A DNA stretch of 64,000 bases from Eledone cirrhosa (taxonomy: Eukaryota). Position numbers and translations under genes: made by a program. The notes under the pieces were generated by a model that searched no databases, was not told the origin of the DNA, and saw nothing but the letters and a program-made list of their open reading frames with translations. Shown here one piece after another: positions 12,229-25,900 of this stretch (within the stretch, counting starts at the first letter, position 1; each line of letters starts with the position of its first letter). The DNA is taken from positions 240,002,001 to 240,066,000 of the forward strand of contig OZ024743.1 in assembly GCA_964016885.1 (NCBI GenBank), given 5' to 3'.

Positions 12229-14602
12229 TGTCAGAGTCTTCATCATACTGTACAGCTGAAACGCGATTTTGCAACTCGAGTTTAAATCGGCTTGCTGTTT
12301 CGTTACATGAGAGCTTGTCTAAGTTAACTTTCGATGTTATTTTAGTGATGCGAAATCTCACGCGCACTATACAATGGTCAAATAATAGATAATAGGGGGT
12401 GTTAAGAGCAGTGCTGTCTAATATGCTTATTCTTGCTGAATATTTTCTTGCTATTATAAAGTCTATTTTATTCTTAGTTATACTGTCTGGTGATACCCAA
12501 GTGAACAGGTTTTTCTTTCGAAATATTGTGTTTGTGATCTGCATATTGTTCCTGGTACAAAATTCGGCTAGAAGCTCGCCTCTTGAGTTAAATGTACTAG
12601 TGTTATATTTCCCAATACTTGATGGGAATGATTCGTTCAGTTGCCAATTTTGCAGTTAAAATCAGAAAGAGGTGATCTCTCTTCGGTGTCTTATCTATAA
12701 TGGCTTTGCAATCTGATGAAGATTCTGACAAGATTTATGATACTATCTGCAGAGGCATAAAAGAGGTATCTGAAGAGATTTTACCTAAGGAAAGCCTTTC
12801 CATCCCACAATGGATGCCACAACAAACAAACAAAAAAAGAAGCAATATCTAAGAAACATAGAATCAGAAGAGAATATAGCCACACATCAGCCCAATATAG
12901 AATAGCAAAGGCTGAATAAAAAAAACTCGTTATATCAGACCAGCTTAAGCAAATGTACAATAACTTTGAAAAGCTGTATAACCTATCACCCAACAGGTTA
13001 CATCATGCTGTTCTGAAGAAACTAAAGACTAAACCAAGAAACCTTTGCTGGGGTATTAAGATTAAAACGATACTATCCTTACATCCAAAGATGATATCCT
13101 TGAACGCTGGGCTAAATTCTATGAAGAACTCAGAACAAATAACCATTCATGATTCGACATCAGATGCGATCTTAGCTAGCAAGATATCTCATGCCATCAA
13201 AAATTTGAAGAGAGGAAAAAGCCCTGAACTGGACAACATATACTCAGAATTCATCAAAGCTGCAGGTGAACCAATTATCAAAGCACTTCAACATCTCTTT
13301 AACTATATTATCACTACAGGAAAAAGCCCAGACATGTTCAAGAAAGCATTGATAGTTGTACTCTACAAAAAAGGTAACAGACTTGATTGTGGGAACTATC
13401 GTCCTATCAGCCTATTGAGTCACGTTTACAAGCTTTTCATGAGTATCATTGCAGCACGAGTGAAGTCAGACCTTTAGGCCTCAAGCTGCGTATCAACCTG
13501 GAAGAGACACCATTGAGCAGATCCCAGCTATTGAACAAATCATTGAGAAATGAATAGAATTCAACAGCCCTGTGCACATCACCTTCATTGACTTCACAAA
13601 TGCTTTTGACATCGTGAAACTACCTAGCCTGTGGCAACTCTTAAACATGACTTCAATTAACAAAAATAGATCAACCTACTGAAAGAAAATTACACCAACT
13701 CATCAGCATATATCAAAACAGATTGGGAAGTACACGCTGTATGGTTATAGCTGCACTTATCTACCAAACTGAAGAAGAATGCTCCTCTGGCTATCAAATA
13801 GGAGGTACAATCGTATCAAATCTTAGCTATGAAGACGATCTGGCCATCATGAGTTACTCTAGAACTGATCTGCAAGACTTTCTGAATGTACTGGCCAAAC
13901 ATTCGCTGGAGGCTGGCTTACACATCAACATCTCCAAAACAAAGAGTATGACAACTGATAAAAACAATGCCAATCTCCAACTCACAATCTACAACCAGAA
14001 AATTACTGAAGTTACGGAGTTTGTATATCTCGGTCACAAACTATCATCAAACAACAACGGAATGGTGCTACGCAGTATCGCTCTAGGATGGGCAGCTTTC
14101 AACAAGAACAAGGAAGTACTAACATCAAAACGAGTTTCCTATCATTTGAGAGCTAAGATCTTTGATACATACACCCTACCAGTTGTTTTATATGGTCTTG
14201 ACTGTGTTAATTGGACGACAAGGTTACTTCAGAAGCTCTCTACATTCCAGAACCACACCATGAGACTTATGACTGACAAGCAGCTCAGTGACTGTATGTG
14301 CATCACTGAGCTGCTCAACATTACCAAACTTAGACAAATTACATCAACTGTCAAGTCAAAAATACTCAAACTATACGTTCATATAAAAAGATCAACTCTT
14401 GGTGTGAGTAGGTTATGCCTGGAAGGAAGGTTGGCTGGTAAGAGAAGCAGAGGCCAGCAGCCAAAACGATGGCTTGATAATGTCAACCTATGGACTGGAT
14501 TTGATCATTGCTCTTTAAACTCTGCTGCTGGTGATCGAACTTTGTGGAGAAGAATATCTCATGTTGATGAGCAGTCTGCAACTGGCAGAGTTTAGTGTCA
14601 CA
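12227..14602 (+). mobile_element. RTE-like non-LTR retrotransposon, 5'-inverted and decayed, inside (TA)n
   Basis: + strand RT motifs (GKSPELDNI, YKKGNRLDCGNYRPISLLS, LSYEDDL, FVYLG, GKRSRGQQPKRWLD); - strand 12227-12660 APE C-terminus (FTWVSPD..KNKIDFI, DH). Confidence 0.9.
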
Positions 14603-14980
<378 letters not shown>

Positions 14981-15086
14981 TTAAAATAACAGATAATACA
15001 TATTTGCTCTACGGTTCTTATATATTTGATATATATTTATCCTTATCGAGCTCTCTTTGGATTTTAGTCTTCAAATTTATTATTAT

Positions 15087-15135
<49 letters not shown>

Positions 15136-15140
<5 letters not shown>

Positions 15141-15318
15141 GTGATTACACAACAGTTAGTTCACCATACCGAGAACAATTGTTTCACCTTAGCGCATCCT
15201 CAGCTCGTAAACAATTGTTCTCGGTATGGTGAACTAACTGTTGTGTAACCACTTCTATCTAACTCGTCCCATGGACTGAGTCCTCTACCACTACGGATAT
15301 TACCTTCCAGTGTTCTAC

Positions 15319-15323
<5 letters not shown>
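15136..15323. mobile_element. Fold-back solo pseudo-LTR of the 49-51 kb PLE family, with type I HHR on - strand (15170-15207)
   Basis: Arms 15138-15183 and 15209-15255 are inverted; - strand CGAG-CTGAGGA-tgcgctaaggt-GAAA-CAATTG-TT-CTCG. Confidence 0.75.
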
Positions 15324-15380
<57 letters not shown>

Positions 15381-15382
<2 letters not shown>

Positions 15383-15515
15383 TAGACCACCCGTGACCCG
15401 TTGGGTCACGTTCACTTCCAAATAATTTTTAAATAATTAAAATATACACAGACATGTATATAATTTGAAATGAAACTGGAAGTCCCATATATATGTGTGT
15501 GTATGTATATATATA

Positions 15516-15546
<31 letters not shown>

Positions 15547-15614
15547 GTGGGTGCCTGTGATTTATATACACTGGTCATAGACATGCACTCACACATATAT
15601 ATACACACACACAC

Positions 15615-15645
<31 letters not shown>

Positions 15646-15744
15646 ACAACACCACCAGCTCTCTCTCTTCCATTCTCCTTCTCTGTCGCCTCTCCCTCTT
15701 TCTATGTCTCTCTTTCAATCTACTCTCTCACAGCCACTATCTCT

Positions 15745-15791
<47 letters not shown>

Positions 15792-15965
15792 ATGAAGGTA
15801 CGCCGATTTACTCGAAACTTGTTTTATTCCATTTGTATTCCCATTTCAAGGTCAACTTCCTTTCAAACTATTTTCCCATTATGTTCCCTTTTGGATGTAT
15901 TACATTACAGACAAACAAGCAAGGAAACAAGCAATCACAGTGTTTTAGTAGTATATAGCTAGACA
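15381..15965 (-). mobile_element. Non-autonomous Helitron-like element
   Basis: actag plus hairpin cgtgacccgttgggtcacg is the reverse complement of a 3' hairpin-CTAG end; other end resembles the Helitron-N termini at 27.0 and 55.3 kb. Confidence 0.5.
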
Positions 15966-16399
15966 TATCCTTTTATTTTACAGTCGAGTTTATATATGAC
16001 GGTTGTCTGTAAAATAGAAAGCTTGACTACTTCAATGTACATGGAGTTCAGTTCTGCCCTGAGAACATATGTGGCTTTTTAAACCAGACATACTTTTAAA
16101 ATGTCCGCATAAATAGTTTCGGTGTAGTTTCAACAGCCTGAGTTGTCTGATCTTGATGAACCTTGACATTTCTCTTTAAACCTCCTTTAGATTTGCATAT
16201 TTTGTGGCATATGTGGCATTGATTAATGTGAACTGGTTGGTATATTTAAGTCAGTAGGAAGTATCCTATTGTGTGCTCTCGTGTGAGATTGAAGTCCTGC
16301 CTCTCACAGATAGATTTTGCCACAAACTCTAAAAAAGAAAAAACTTCATTAATTTCGCATTGGCTTACTGGTTGTTTTTTCCTTATTTTCCACTTAATA

Positions 16400-16705
16400 T
16401 TTACTTGCATTAATCTATTTTTCTCAAATCTTTTCACACCGTACAATATTTTTGAGCGTCAGGTACAGCGATCCTTTGCAAGTCTTTCCAGGGTTTTTTT
16501 TTATTTGATTCCTACATTCTTCAAGTTCTCCCTCAATGCATCCTTGAATTTTTTCTTTGGGTTGCTCAGTTTCCTTTTTTTCCTGTGTATGTTCTCCATA
16601 AAAGAGTTGCTTTGGGATACGTTGGTCAGACATGCAGACAATATGTCCAGACCACTGCAGTTGGTGTTTCAGAATTATTGCCTGTATGGAGCCAAATGCG
16701 GGTAA
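16400..16705 (-). pseudogene. RTE-like LINE 3' fragment
   Basis: MSDQRIPKQLFYGE motif preceded by a WSGHI-like segment. Confidence 0.7.
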
Positions 16706-16768
16706 AACATCAGAATCAGGAGTGAATGAATTCTATTTTACTTTCAGATTAAGACGAATTTATATATG

Positions 16769-16819
<51 letters not shown>

Positions 16820-16835
16820 TAAAATAACAGATTAA

Positions 16836-16886
16836 AGTTTAAGCAAAGAATCGCTGCTTTCACCCTTAACGGGATCTTCTGAAACT
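16836..16886 (-). ncRNA. Type I HHR variant with CAGAAGA core (family B)
   Basis: AGTTT-CAGAAGA-tCCCgttaaGGGt-GAAA-GCA..TGC-TT-AAACT; copies at 18039, 31501/31551, 54048, 55449. Confidence 0.6.
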
Positions 16887-17701
16887 AACAAAGCAGCGTC
16901 TTTACATGCATACCCATTCTTTTCGTTACCCTCTAAGAAGGAATATGACGTCACTTTCAGCTTATATCTGGAGTCTAAAAGACAACCACACCCAATATAA
17001 GTTACACTGGGAGATCCTAGCTAGGGCTAGATCGTATAACGGAAATAAAAGACCATGTGACCTCTGCGCCGCTGAGGCCCTGGAAATACTCTACGCCACA
17101 GACCACATCTTAAACAAAAAATCTGAGGCAATTTCGGCTTGTAAACATAAATTGCACAAAACTTTCCTGTATTACAGCCCCACGTTATACCCTAACGGAT
17201 AGCACGATCTATACGTGGATATTTTACGTCTTGATGTGGGAGCTAAGTATATGTTTTGTTTATTCCTTTACTTATTTGCATAGGTAAGTATAGATTACCC
17301 GTATGTTTTGTGAAGGTATCTATACCTTCTCGTACGTATATTTGACTGTTATGGCGTATATTTTTTTACATATTCTGGTATTTAGGGTTTGGTTATGTGT
17401 ATATGGGAGTTTTGCGTCTGCGTGAGTATGCAGGTTCGTACGTATGGTGGGTGTGTGTATATGTGTACTTCTTGTTTTAGTTGACTTACGTCTCCGAACC
17501 TTCGTGTATTTATTTGTAGGTATGTGTGTGCGCTTGTTATATACGTATTTATTTACTTATATACGTTTATATAATTATTTATTTATTTGTACACAAGCAT
17601 ACACACATACACATATTTATATGTGCGTGGTTATGTATTGTATTTATTTACTTTGTTCTTAACTCTGTAGCGGAGATTCATTCGGTCTCCTAGTTAGAAT
17701 T

Positions 17702-17970
17702 TTAGTCTACAACTTCTGCTATACCATTTACGTGGTTTTGTCTTTGCGCGCTATTGTTCTCCGCGCTCCACATATGACTTATTATCTTCGTTTTTTCGTT
17801 CATTGCCATAGAACGTCTCTATGCACCACTTAGAGAACATTAGTCTACGACCTCTTTTATACCATAAACGTGGTTCTGTCTTTGCGCGTAATTGTTTTTC
17901 ACCGCTCCTATTAATGACGTATTATTCGTTTTTTCCCGTTCTTTGCCAGCGAACGTCACCATGAACCAAA
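17702..17970 (+). repeat. Two diverged ~139-bp tandem repeats in the PLE 3' UTR
   Basis: tagtctac..ataccat..acgtggtt.tgtctttgcgcg occurs at 17702 and 17841. Confidence 0.8.
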
Positions 17971-18199
17971 GTATCGTCTTCCTCCGGTTGCTACGTTTTT
18001 TGAAATATCCAGTTCTGCGTTTACAGATTGACTTTGTTAGTTTCAGAAGGTCCCGTTAAGGGTGAAAGCAGCGATTCTTTGCTTAAACTTTAATCTGTTA
18101 TTTTAATAAATATTTGCTCTTCGGTTCTTATATATTGGATATATATTTTCCTTATCGAGCCCTCTTTGGATTTAGTCTTCAAATTTATTATTATTACTA

Positions 18200-18385
18200 T
18201 ATATATATATATATATATATAGATAGATATATAGATAGATATATTAGATAGATAGATATATTAGATAGATAGATATATTAGATAGATAGATATATTAGAT
18301 AGATAGATAGATATATTAGATAGATATATTATATAGATAGGTAGATATATTATATAGATATATATATTATATATATATATAGAAA

Positions 18386-18419
<34 letters not shown>

Positions 18420-18630
18420 TAATATATATTAATATATATCTATATTCGTATATATGTAGATAATATATATATATATATTAATATATATTAATATATATCT
18501 ATATTCGTATATATGTCGATAATATATATATATTAATATATATTAATATATATCTATATTCGTATATATGTAGATAATATATATATATATTAATATATAT
18601 TAATATATATCTATATTCGTATATATGTAG

Positions 18631-18694
<64 letters not shown>

Positions 18695-18773
18695 TAATAT
18701 ATATATATATTAATATATATATATATATATATTAATATATATATATATATATATATATTAATATATATATAAT

Positions 18774-18854
<81 letters not shown>

Positions 18855-18856
18855 TA

Positions 18857-18888
<32 letters not shown>

Positions 18889-18995
18889 TAATATATATAT
18901 ATATATTAATATATATATTAATATATATATATAATATATATATATATATTAATATATATATATATATATATATATATTAATATAATATAATATAT

Positions 18996-19059
<64 letters not shown>

Positions 19060-19097
19060 TATATATAATATATATATATATATATTAATATATATAT

Positions 19098-19139
<42 letters not shown>

Positions 19140-19215
19140 TATATATATATATATATTATATATATTAATATATATATATATATATATATATTAATATATA
19201 TATATATATATATTA

Positions 19216-19249
<34 letters not shown>

Positions 19250-19281
19250 TATATATATTAATATATATATATATATATATA

Positions 19282-19327
<46 letters not shown>

Positions 19328-19343
19328 TATATATATATATATA

Positions 19344-19387
<44 letters not shown>

Positions 19388-19461
19388 TATATATATATAT
19401 ATATATATATTAATATATATATATATATATATATTAATATATATATATATATATATATATA

Positions 19462-19495
<34 letters not shown>

Positions 19496-19607
19496 TATAT
19501 ATATATATAATATATTATATATATATATATTAATATATATATATATATATATATATATTAATATATATATATTAATATATATCTATACTCGTATATATAT
19601 ATATATA
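18200..19607. repeat. 1.4-kb (TA)n-derived tract with (TAGA)n and a ~55-bp higher-order unit at 18420-18640
   Basis: Directly visible. Confidence 0.95.
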
Positions 19608-20209
19608 GGAACAAATAGGACCCCGACGGCTGAGCTCAAGCCGTTTCGACGGCTAATTCTGGACTAAATGAACATTTTTATCCTGGTAAATGTGTAGCCG
19701 AACTTCTCAGGGGGTAATTCCATATATGGTAAAAGTGATTGTCACAAGGATTGGTCAAAAGTGTTTTGTTGAGACACATTATTCTATCATGGCATTTTGT
19801 GGAAGGTAGGGGTAGCTGAACTTGCCAGTGGAAGAAAGAGGGAGAGGGAGTGGAGGAAACCCAGTCGAGCGTTGAAAGTGACAACTACAGCAGATTCTAA
19901 GGATAGAAGGTCGAAAAAAGTATACTAGAGAAGGGGATATATATATATATATGTATGTATATATGTAATGGCTGCAACTGGATTTCGAGTAATGCTATCG
20001 CTTCATGTGCTTTTTAGTCCTGCTAGTTACTTGCCAACAGCCAGTCATGCCATTCAACGCAAAAGATATCACATACCAAGTGATGCCAGTACGTAAAGCT
20101 TTTTTAAGTGAGGAAAGACTTTGCACAGATCTTATCCCACTCTCTGAACAGAGGAATGTCTTAATGAAGACTAGAGGTCACACAATCCACTCCCCACTAA
20201 AGAAATAAT

Positions 20210-20370
20210 TTATTAGATGGCCGTTGACTCTCCTCAGTTCCTCTACCCTTTGACAGGTTTTGTTTTTTAGTCCTGCAGGGTTTCACCCTCCTCACCAAAC
20301 AAGCCTGGTGGGGTATACCCAACCATGCACAGGCTGTACTTTCGCGATACTTGTAGCATGTGACCCAATA
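20210..20370 (-). mobile_element. Repeat resembling an RTE 5' UTR
   Basis: Homologous to 58105-58260 (tttgacaggttttgtttttagtcc.gcagg..caccctcctcaccaa); family assignment from memory of RTE UTRs. Confidence 0.4.
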
Positions 20371-20391
20371 TATATATATATATATATATAT

Positions 20392-20727
20392 ATTATTAGA
20401 AATGTAAGCTATCGCCGTATTTTGACTAAAGAAATTAAAGAAATTATTTAGCCTGACAGTGGGCTTAAGAACCCTCGGAGAAATGGAAAAAGATGAGTAT
20501 TGACGTACATGGGAGTCGAACCCACATCTTTGGTTATCCGGACCACTGTGCTACCATTTACACCAACACATCACCCGTCTTTTCCCATTCAAATTAGAAG
20601 CTATAAACTTAGCGACTGTAATGTCAAGTAAGAATATTTTCGAAACAGCGAGTTGATTTGAAATTATTAGAAATGTAAGCTATCACCATATTTTGACTAA
20701 AGAAATTAAAGAAATTATTTAGCCTGA
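20392..20727. mobile_element. Short unit with 65-bp direct repeats (period 271) enclosing a tRNA-like sequence
   Basis: 20392-20456 is repeated at 20663-20727; begins at (TA)n and abuts a family B fragment. Confidence 0.7.
20501..20572 (-). tRNA. tRNA-like cloverleaf (probable pseudo-tRNA / Pol III promoter); aberrant anticodon loop CCGGATA
   Basis: Acceptor GATGTGT/GTACGTC, D arm GTGT-AAATGGTA-GCAC, TGGT/ACCA, T arm GTGGG-TTCGACT-CCCAT. Confidence 0.65.
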
Positions 20728-20859
20728 TAGATCCCGTTAAGGGTGAAAGCAGCGATTCTTTTCTTAAACTTTAATATGATATTTTAATATATATATATAT
20801 ATTCGTGTACAGATATTTTTGCATGCACAAAAACAAAAACCTACTTATTTCACGAAAGC

Positions 20860-21788
20860 ACAGACGGCTTATCGTCATTGTTGCTGTACGAGGCTAGAGG
20901 ACCACAGATTTCCAAGATCTGAGAACCATCAATGGCCATCAATGTTCCACTTACCGTTTGGCTTGCCAGATGCGTGGTATGTTACACGATGACAGCCATT
21001 GGCACCTCACCCTGCAAGAAGCACCAACTGCTAAAGTCCCTTCTCAGCTTCGAAAACCTTTTGCTATTATGCTGCACAACTGCGATCTCGCCGACCCTCT
21101 CGCACTGTGGAACAATCACCGCAAAAGTCTAGCTGAGGACATCCTCCACCGCCCACGCAGACACAATCCAAACGTATCATACGATGTCGTTTTCAATGAG
21201 GCGCTCATTTGTCTTGAAACCAGTGTGCTCGAGATTGGTGGTAGGCCTCTAAGTCACTACAGCTTACCTGCCAGGAGGCAGGAGTGTCCAGAAGTCAACA
21301 TCTACAGAGCTTCTCCGCGAGACGAGCTACGAAATTAGTGATTCTCCCATGGTCAATTGTATGTAGGATGCTCTAGGGTGAGCTCGCCAAACAATCTCTT
21401 CATCTTTGCTCCGGAGGGCCGAACAAAAAATATTGTATACTCTGAGGCTCTAACAATATAATTTAAATATTTTCTGTTACTTGGAATTTCCATTATGGTT
21501 GTACAAATTATTGTTTGTTAAAAAAATTGTTCTCTGTTCAGCCTTTATTGTTGTAACTCTGTTCAGCCTTTATTGTTGTAACTATCAATTTTCTTTAACG
21601 TACTGGCTGCTGAACTGGGGAATCCTAGAAAGTATTCAAACCCAACATCAGAGCACGTTAACCCCCCACCCCTCCTGCTGACTTGAGAGGGCGTGCGGTA
21701 TCTTGTACTGGAGTGTAGGGGGGGGGGGGTCTGAAAAGATAAAATGCCGCTATACCTAGCCGGCAGCCTGCCGGACAGGTCAATTAGT
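20860..21788 (+). mobile_element. Internally deleted Helitron (RepHel remnants and 3' hairpin)
   Basis: ACQMRGMLHDDSHW..QLRKPFAIML..PLALW..LAEDI; 21342-21452 FSHGQLYVGCSRV..TKNIVYSEAL (Pif1-type C-terminus); hairpin ccggcagcctgccgg near 21760. Confidence 0.88.
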
Positions 21789-22035
21789 ATTATATAAATA
21801 AAACAGTTCTAATCTTGTAGATATATTTCCTACAGGAAACCTATTTGTACTCTTTCTGTATTGAGTGCCTTAATTAACATTGGTCATTTTCCGTTTCCCT
21901 TCGAAAGACCATTTGTAGTTATATATAAACCATGATAATACGCCTCGAGCGTTTTTATATTTTTATATATCTCCGTCCGCAGCTCTTTAAAATTTACCTA
22001 TATTAACATATGCATCCAATTCTTAAGTAATTATT

Positions 22036-22200
22036 TTGCAGCCTGTGGCGTTCGAGACGTTTGGTGGAGTTAAACCGCTGACAGCGAAGTTCTTGTCATC
22101 GCTGGCGGCTCGCCTTACTGCGGTGTCAGATGATACTTATGAGGTTGCCGTGGCAATGCTGCGAGTGTATTGGCTTGCCTCAAAGTGTTTAGTTAACCCT
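22036..22200 (+). pseudogene. C-terminal fragment of an RLE-type (CRE-like) non-LTR element
   Basis: PVAFETFGG...FLSSLAARL motif. Confidence 0.5.
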
Positions 22201-22700
22201 TATGATGTGATGTGCGACCGATTGTCGCAACTGGTGGGGAATCCCCCACCCACCACCACCATTTTCTTTTTTAAATGTTTTTATTATCTGTATTTTATGC
22301 GATTATAAACGACATTATATTTTTAATGTTTTTCTGAACGAACTGCGAGCAATTTATAATATTATTTATGTTGTTTATATTTAAAACATATTTGTAATGT
22401 TATACATTTTTTGCTATTGTAATATAAAATAGATAAATAAATAAAAATAAAAATTCATGTTGGTACAATTAGTTCGCTTTCCAATGACAGGTACCTGACT
22501 TCTAATCTTACATTTGTCTCTGTAAATATAAAACCCAATACACCGCAGGTTTATTAACACGCAAATTTCTTTGAATGTATGAAACTTTATATATCAATTA
22601 ATCCTGGTATATATAGCATAACAATTCACTCCAAAAACTGAATATATTCAACACAATATTTTATTAATAACGGCATTGATTCTATAAATATATATATATA

Positions 22701-22780
<80 letters not shown>

Positions 22781-22925
22781 CTAGCAAAAGTACCCAGCGT
22801 TTTCCGGGTCACATCACATTCACCTCTGCAATACCCCATCGTCATCCAAAACCTGAGGGCTGATTTTCTTTTTATGAGAGGGGAAGGAGAGGAAAGAATA
22901 TTGTTATCAGTGTATATATATATAC

Positions 22926-25900
22926 TAGCAGAAGAACCCGGCATTGCCCGGGTGTAAGTCGACCTTTGCTCTGTTGTTAAAATGTGTGAAAGTTACTTCC
23001 CGCGCATCACAGGTGCAAAAACCTTCGAACCTCAAGGAAAAAAACAGAGGTTAGTAGACGCAGGTGTGTAATTGAGCATAAATAATGGATCAATTGTAGG
23101 TTCACAGTGTATCGTTGAAATTGTTCTTTGCACGACTGACGGAAGTCAAATTCACTTGAAATTGAATTTTCAGTTGATTTTTAAAGCAGGGTGAAAAAGT
23201 CGATTTTTTTCACAGCTTTTTTTTTTTTTACAATTTTCGCGCTCACATGTGCAGAAGAAGAAATAAAAGGGACTTTATCTGAACCGCGGCATAATGAGGA
23301 GTCTTTTGTGACAGTTTTGAAGAAAATCGGACGTTCCTGTAAAAAGTTTTCCCATGTGCAACTTTGCCTTGTTTTTTGCGCAAAGTCGAACCCCCGCTTC
23401 AGTTTTATTGATTTTTTACATGAATGCGTGACCTCTGAAGTAGATTTGAGTAGCTAAAAACCTGTCCCGGTAAATTTGCTATAGGTGAAAAAAAGTTGAT
23501 CAAAATTGTGTCTAGGGTTATTGCCCTTTGCAACAGCCTCAACGTGTCTTCAAGTATGGTTTGTTAAATTGTTGTGGAACTAAATCGACTTTCGTCAAAT
23601 CGGACCAAGGAAACAATGTTTCCATTTGTCTTTCTAGCTGGTGTACCCGGGTACACTCGGCGTTATAAGGCGCTGGATTTAAACGGGTCTGCGCTAAATT
23701 CCAGCAGGATGCTTTAACCAAAATAAATGAAGAACAAACGTTTCATTTTGTGCTCCAATCTGTGATATTGGTATTTTGAAAAAATGGTCCACAAACATCC
23801 ATGGAGCAAGTGTAACGCATGTATCAGGTTATGAGAAAAAGGGTTTTCCATTCTCCATCCATAAGATACCAAAAAATTACACGCAAATAAACCGGGATTT
23901 TAAGGCACTGCCCAATTCATAGCTGAAAGGTAAGAATCAAGTGGAATAATGTTTTGCGACATTGTCAAATATACAACCGTACAAAAGCAAAGGATATAGC
24001 GATTGAAATCTAGGTAGACCAAAGAATTTGGTGGGGTTGTATATCAGAAGATTGTTTTCCTTGTGATTCGCGTCTAGCCTACAAAGTGAAGTTAGATGAT
24101 TGTAGTCGGTGTTGTATCAATAAAACATAAAAGCATACAGAAGACTGAACACTTACGAATTAAGTGAAAATCACGTTGATATTCCTATCGGAGCAACATG
24201 TACCGAAAAACCTGACGGACTGTTGTGTCAATATTGAAATCGTATAAATTGCGAATCCCGACCTCTAAGATGTAATGGATAGGCCTTGGAGGTGAAGAGG
24301 AAGAATTGGTACAATTGTTTTGCTGAACATTAATCTAAATAGACTTACGCAGCATCATCGTACGGTTTTGTTGTTTATGACCTAGAATGAGGGCTGGTTA
24401 AACGCGGCAGAAAAATAAGCCATGCTGATGATGTTTAGGGGCGTCGCAGGGAATAGATGCGGTGTTGTCAGTCCATTGTGAGGACAGTGAAAGGCACACT
24501 GATCGCTTGAGAAGACGCGATGCTACACAGGATGCTTCTCGGCCATAATTGACAGAAAGGAATGTCAGGAGAAATGAAAGTGTTGCTATTCTTCCTTTGC
24601 TTAGCATGATGAACATGTAATTAAAAGGATTTACCATGGACTATCGTGTACGTTGGTATTGTTTTTAGCCTGCGAAAATCGGTGGTCAAATGGGACAACA
24701 ATAAGCCATGCTGATTGCAAGGAATTGATGCGGCATAGATAGCCATGGGAGTCTTGAAGGAGCACGGCGGTCAGGAAAAAGAAAGAGCCGAGGAGGTGAT
24801 GGTGGCTGACAGTGCATGGATGCGGCATCCTGAGGCATGACGATGCAGTGGGAAGACGGCCAGCAGGCAAGGAAGAGGGCAGGGGTGAACGGTGGCAAGG
24901 ATGCCGCATGGTGAGCCATGGCAGCCTTGAAAGAGCACTGCGGGCAGGCAAAAGAAAGGGCCGAGTAGGGGATGGCGGCTGACAGAGCATTGATGTGGCA
25001 TGGCGATGCATGGCGATGCAGTAGGACGACGGCGTGCAGGGAACGGAGAGGGCAGGGGTTGACGGTGGCAGGGATGCGACTTGGTCCCTCAAGACTGCCA
25101 TGCCTGGCAGTGGAAAGGGTCGGGGAGTGGAAGGCGGCTGACAGGGCAGGGATGCAACATGATGAGGCATGACGAAAGGGCAGGGTGCATGGCGGCTGAC
25201 AGGGCATGGATGCGGCATGCCAATTGAGTTGCACCTCGGAAATGTAGAGAGCACCGGGAGGCACGATGATTGTTTGAGAAAATCGGGTGCATGACAGGAT
25301 GTTTATCGGCCATACATGATCGGTAGGCTTTGGAGGAGAAAGGGATGAATTTTTGTTTAATTTTGTTAAATATGGTCAACATGAATGTAAAAAGACTTAC
25401 ACAGGATCGTCTTCATGTTCGGTGTTGACTTTGGTCTGAGATAATGGGCGGTTATGTGCGGCGCAGGAATAAACTATGCTGATGACATTTGAGAAAGTTG
25501 CTGACAGGGCAGGAATGCGCATGGGGAGCCATGGCAGTCGTGGGGGACCAAGGCGTGCGAGCAAGGGAGAGGGCAGGGGTGCGAGCAGGGATGCGGCTTG
25601 GTTAGGCACGGCAGTCTTGAAGGAGCACGGCGGGCAGGCAAAATAAAACGCTGAGGAGGGGATAGCGGCTGACAGATCATGGATGCGGCATGGTGAGGCA
25701 TAACAATGCAGTGGGTCGACGGCATGCAGGGAAGGGAGATCGCCGGGATTGACGGTTGCAGGGATTCCGCATTGTGAGCCATGGCACTCGTGAAGAACCG
25801 AGGCGTGCGGGTAAGGGAGAGGGCAGAGGAGGGCATGACGGCTGACAGAGCCTGGATGCGGCATGATGAGGCATGACGATCAGTGGGACGACGGAGTGCA

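Larger units (their letters stand above)
16814..18200 (+). mobile_element. 5'-truncated PLE: inverted pLTR, GIY-YIG C-terminus, 3' UTR, pLTR (family B)
   Basis: 16906-17202 TSLSAYIWSLKD..WEIL..CDLC..LNKKSE..CKHK; 16814-16893 is the inverted copy of 18033-18113. Confidence 0.88.

Noticed and set aside
20450-20595. HHR with the antisense tRNA capping stem III
   Set aside because: Core reads CTGACAG and stem I cannot be formed convincingly.
23191-23457. Signal-peptide-like 88-aa ORF
   Set aside because: GTG start, hydrophobicity comes from a poly-T run, and it is antisense within a Helitron subterminal region.
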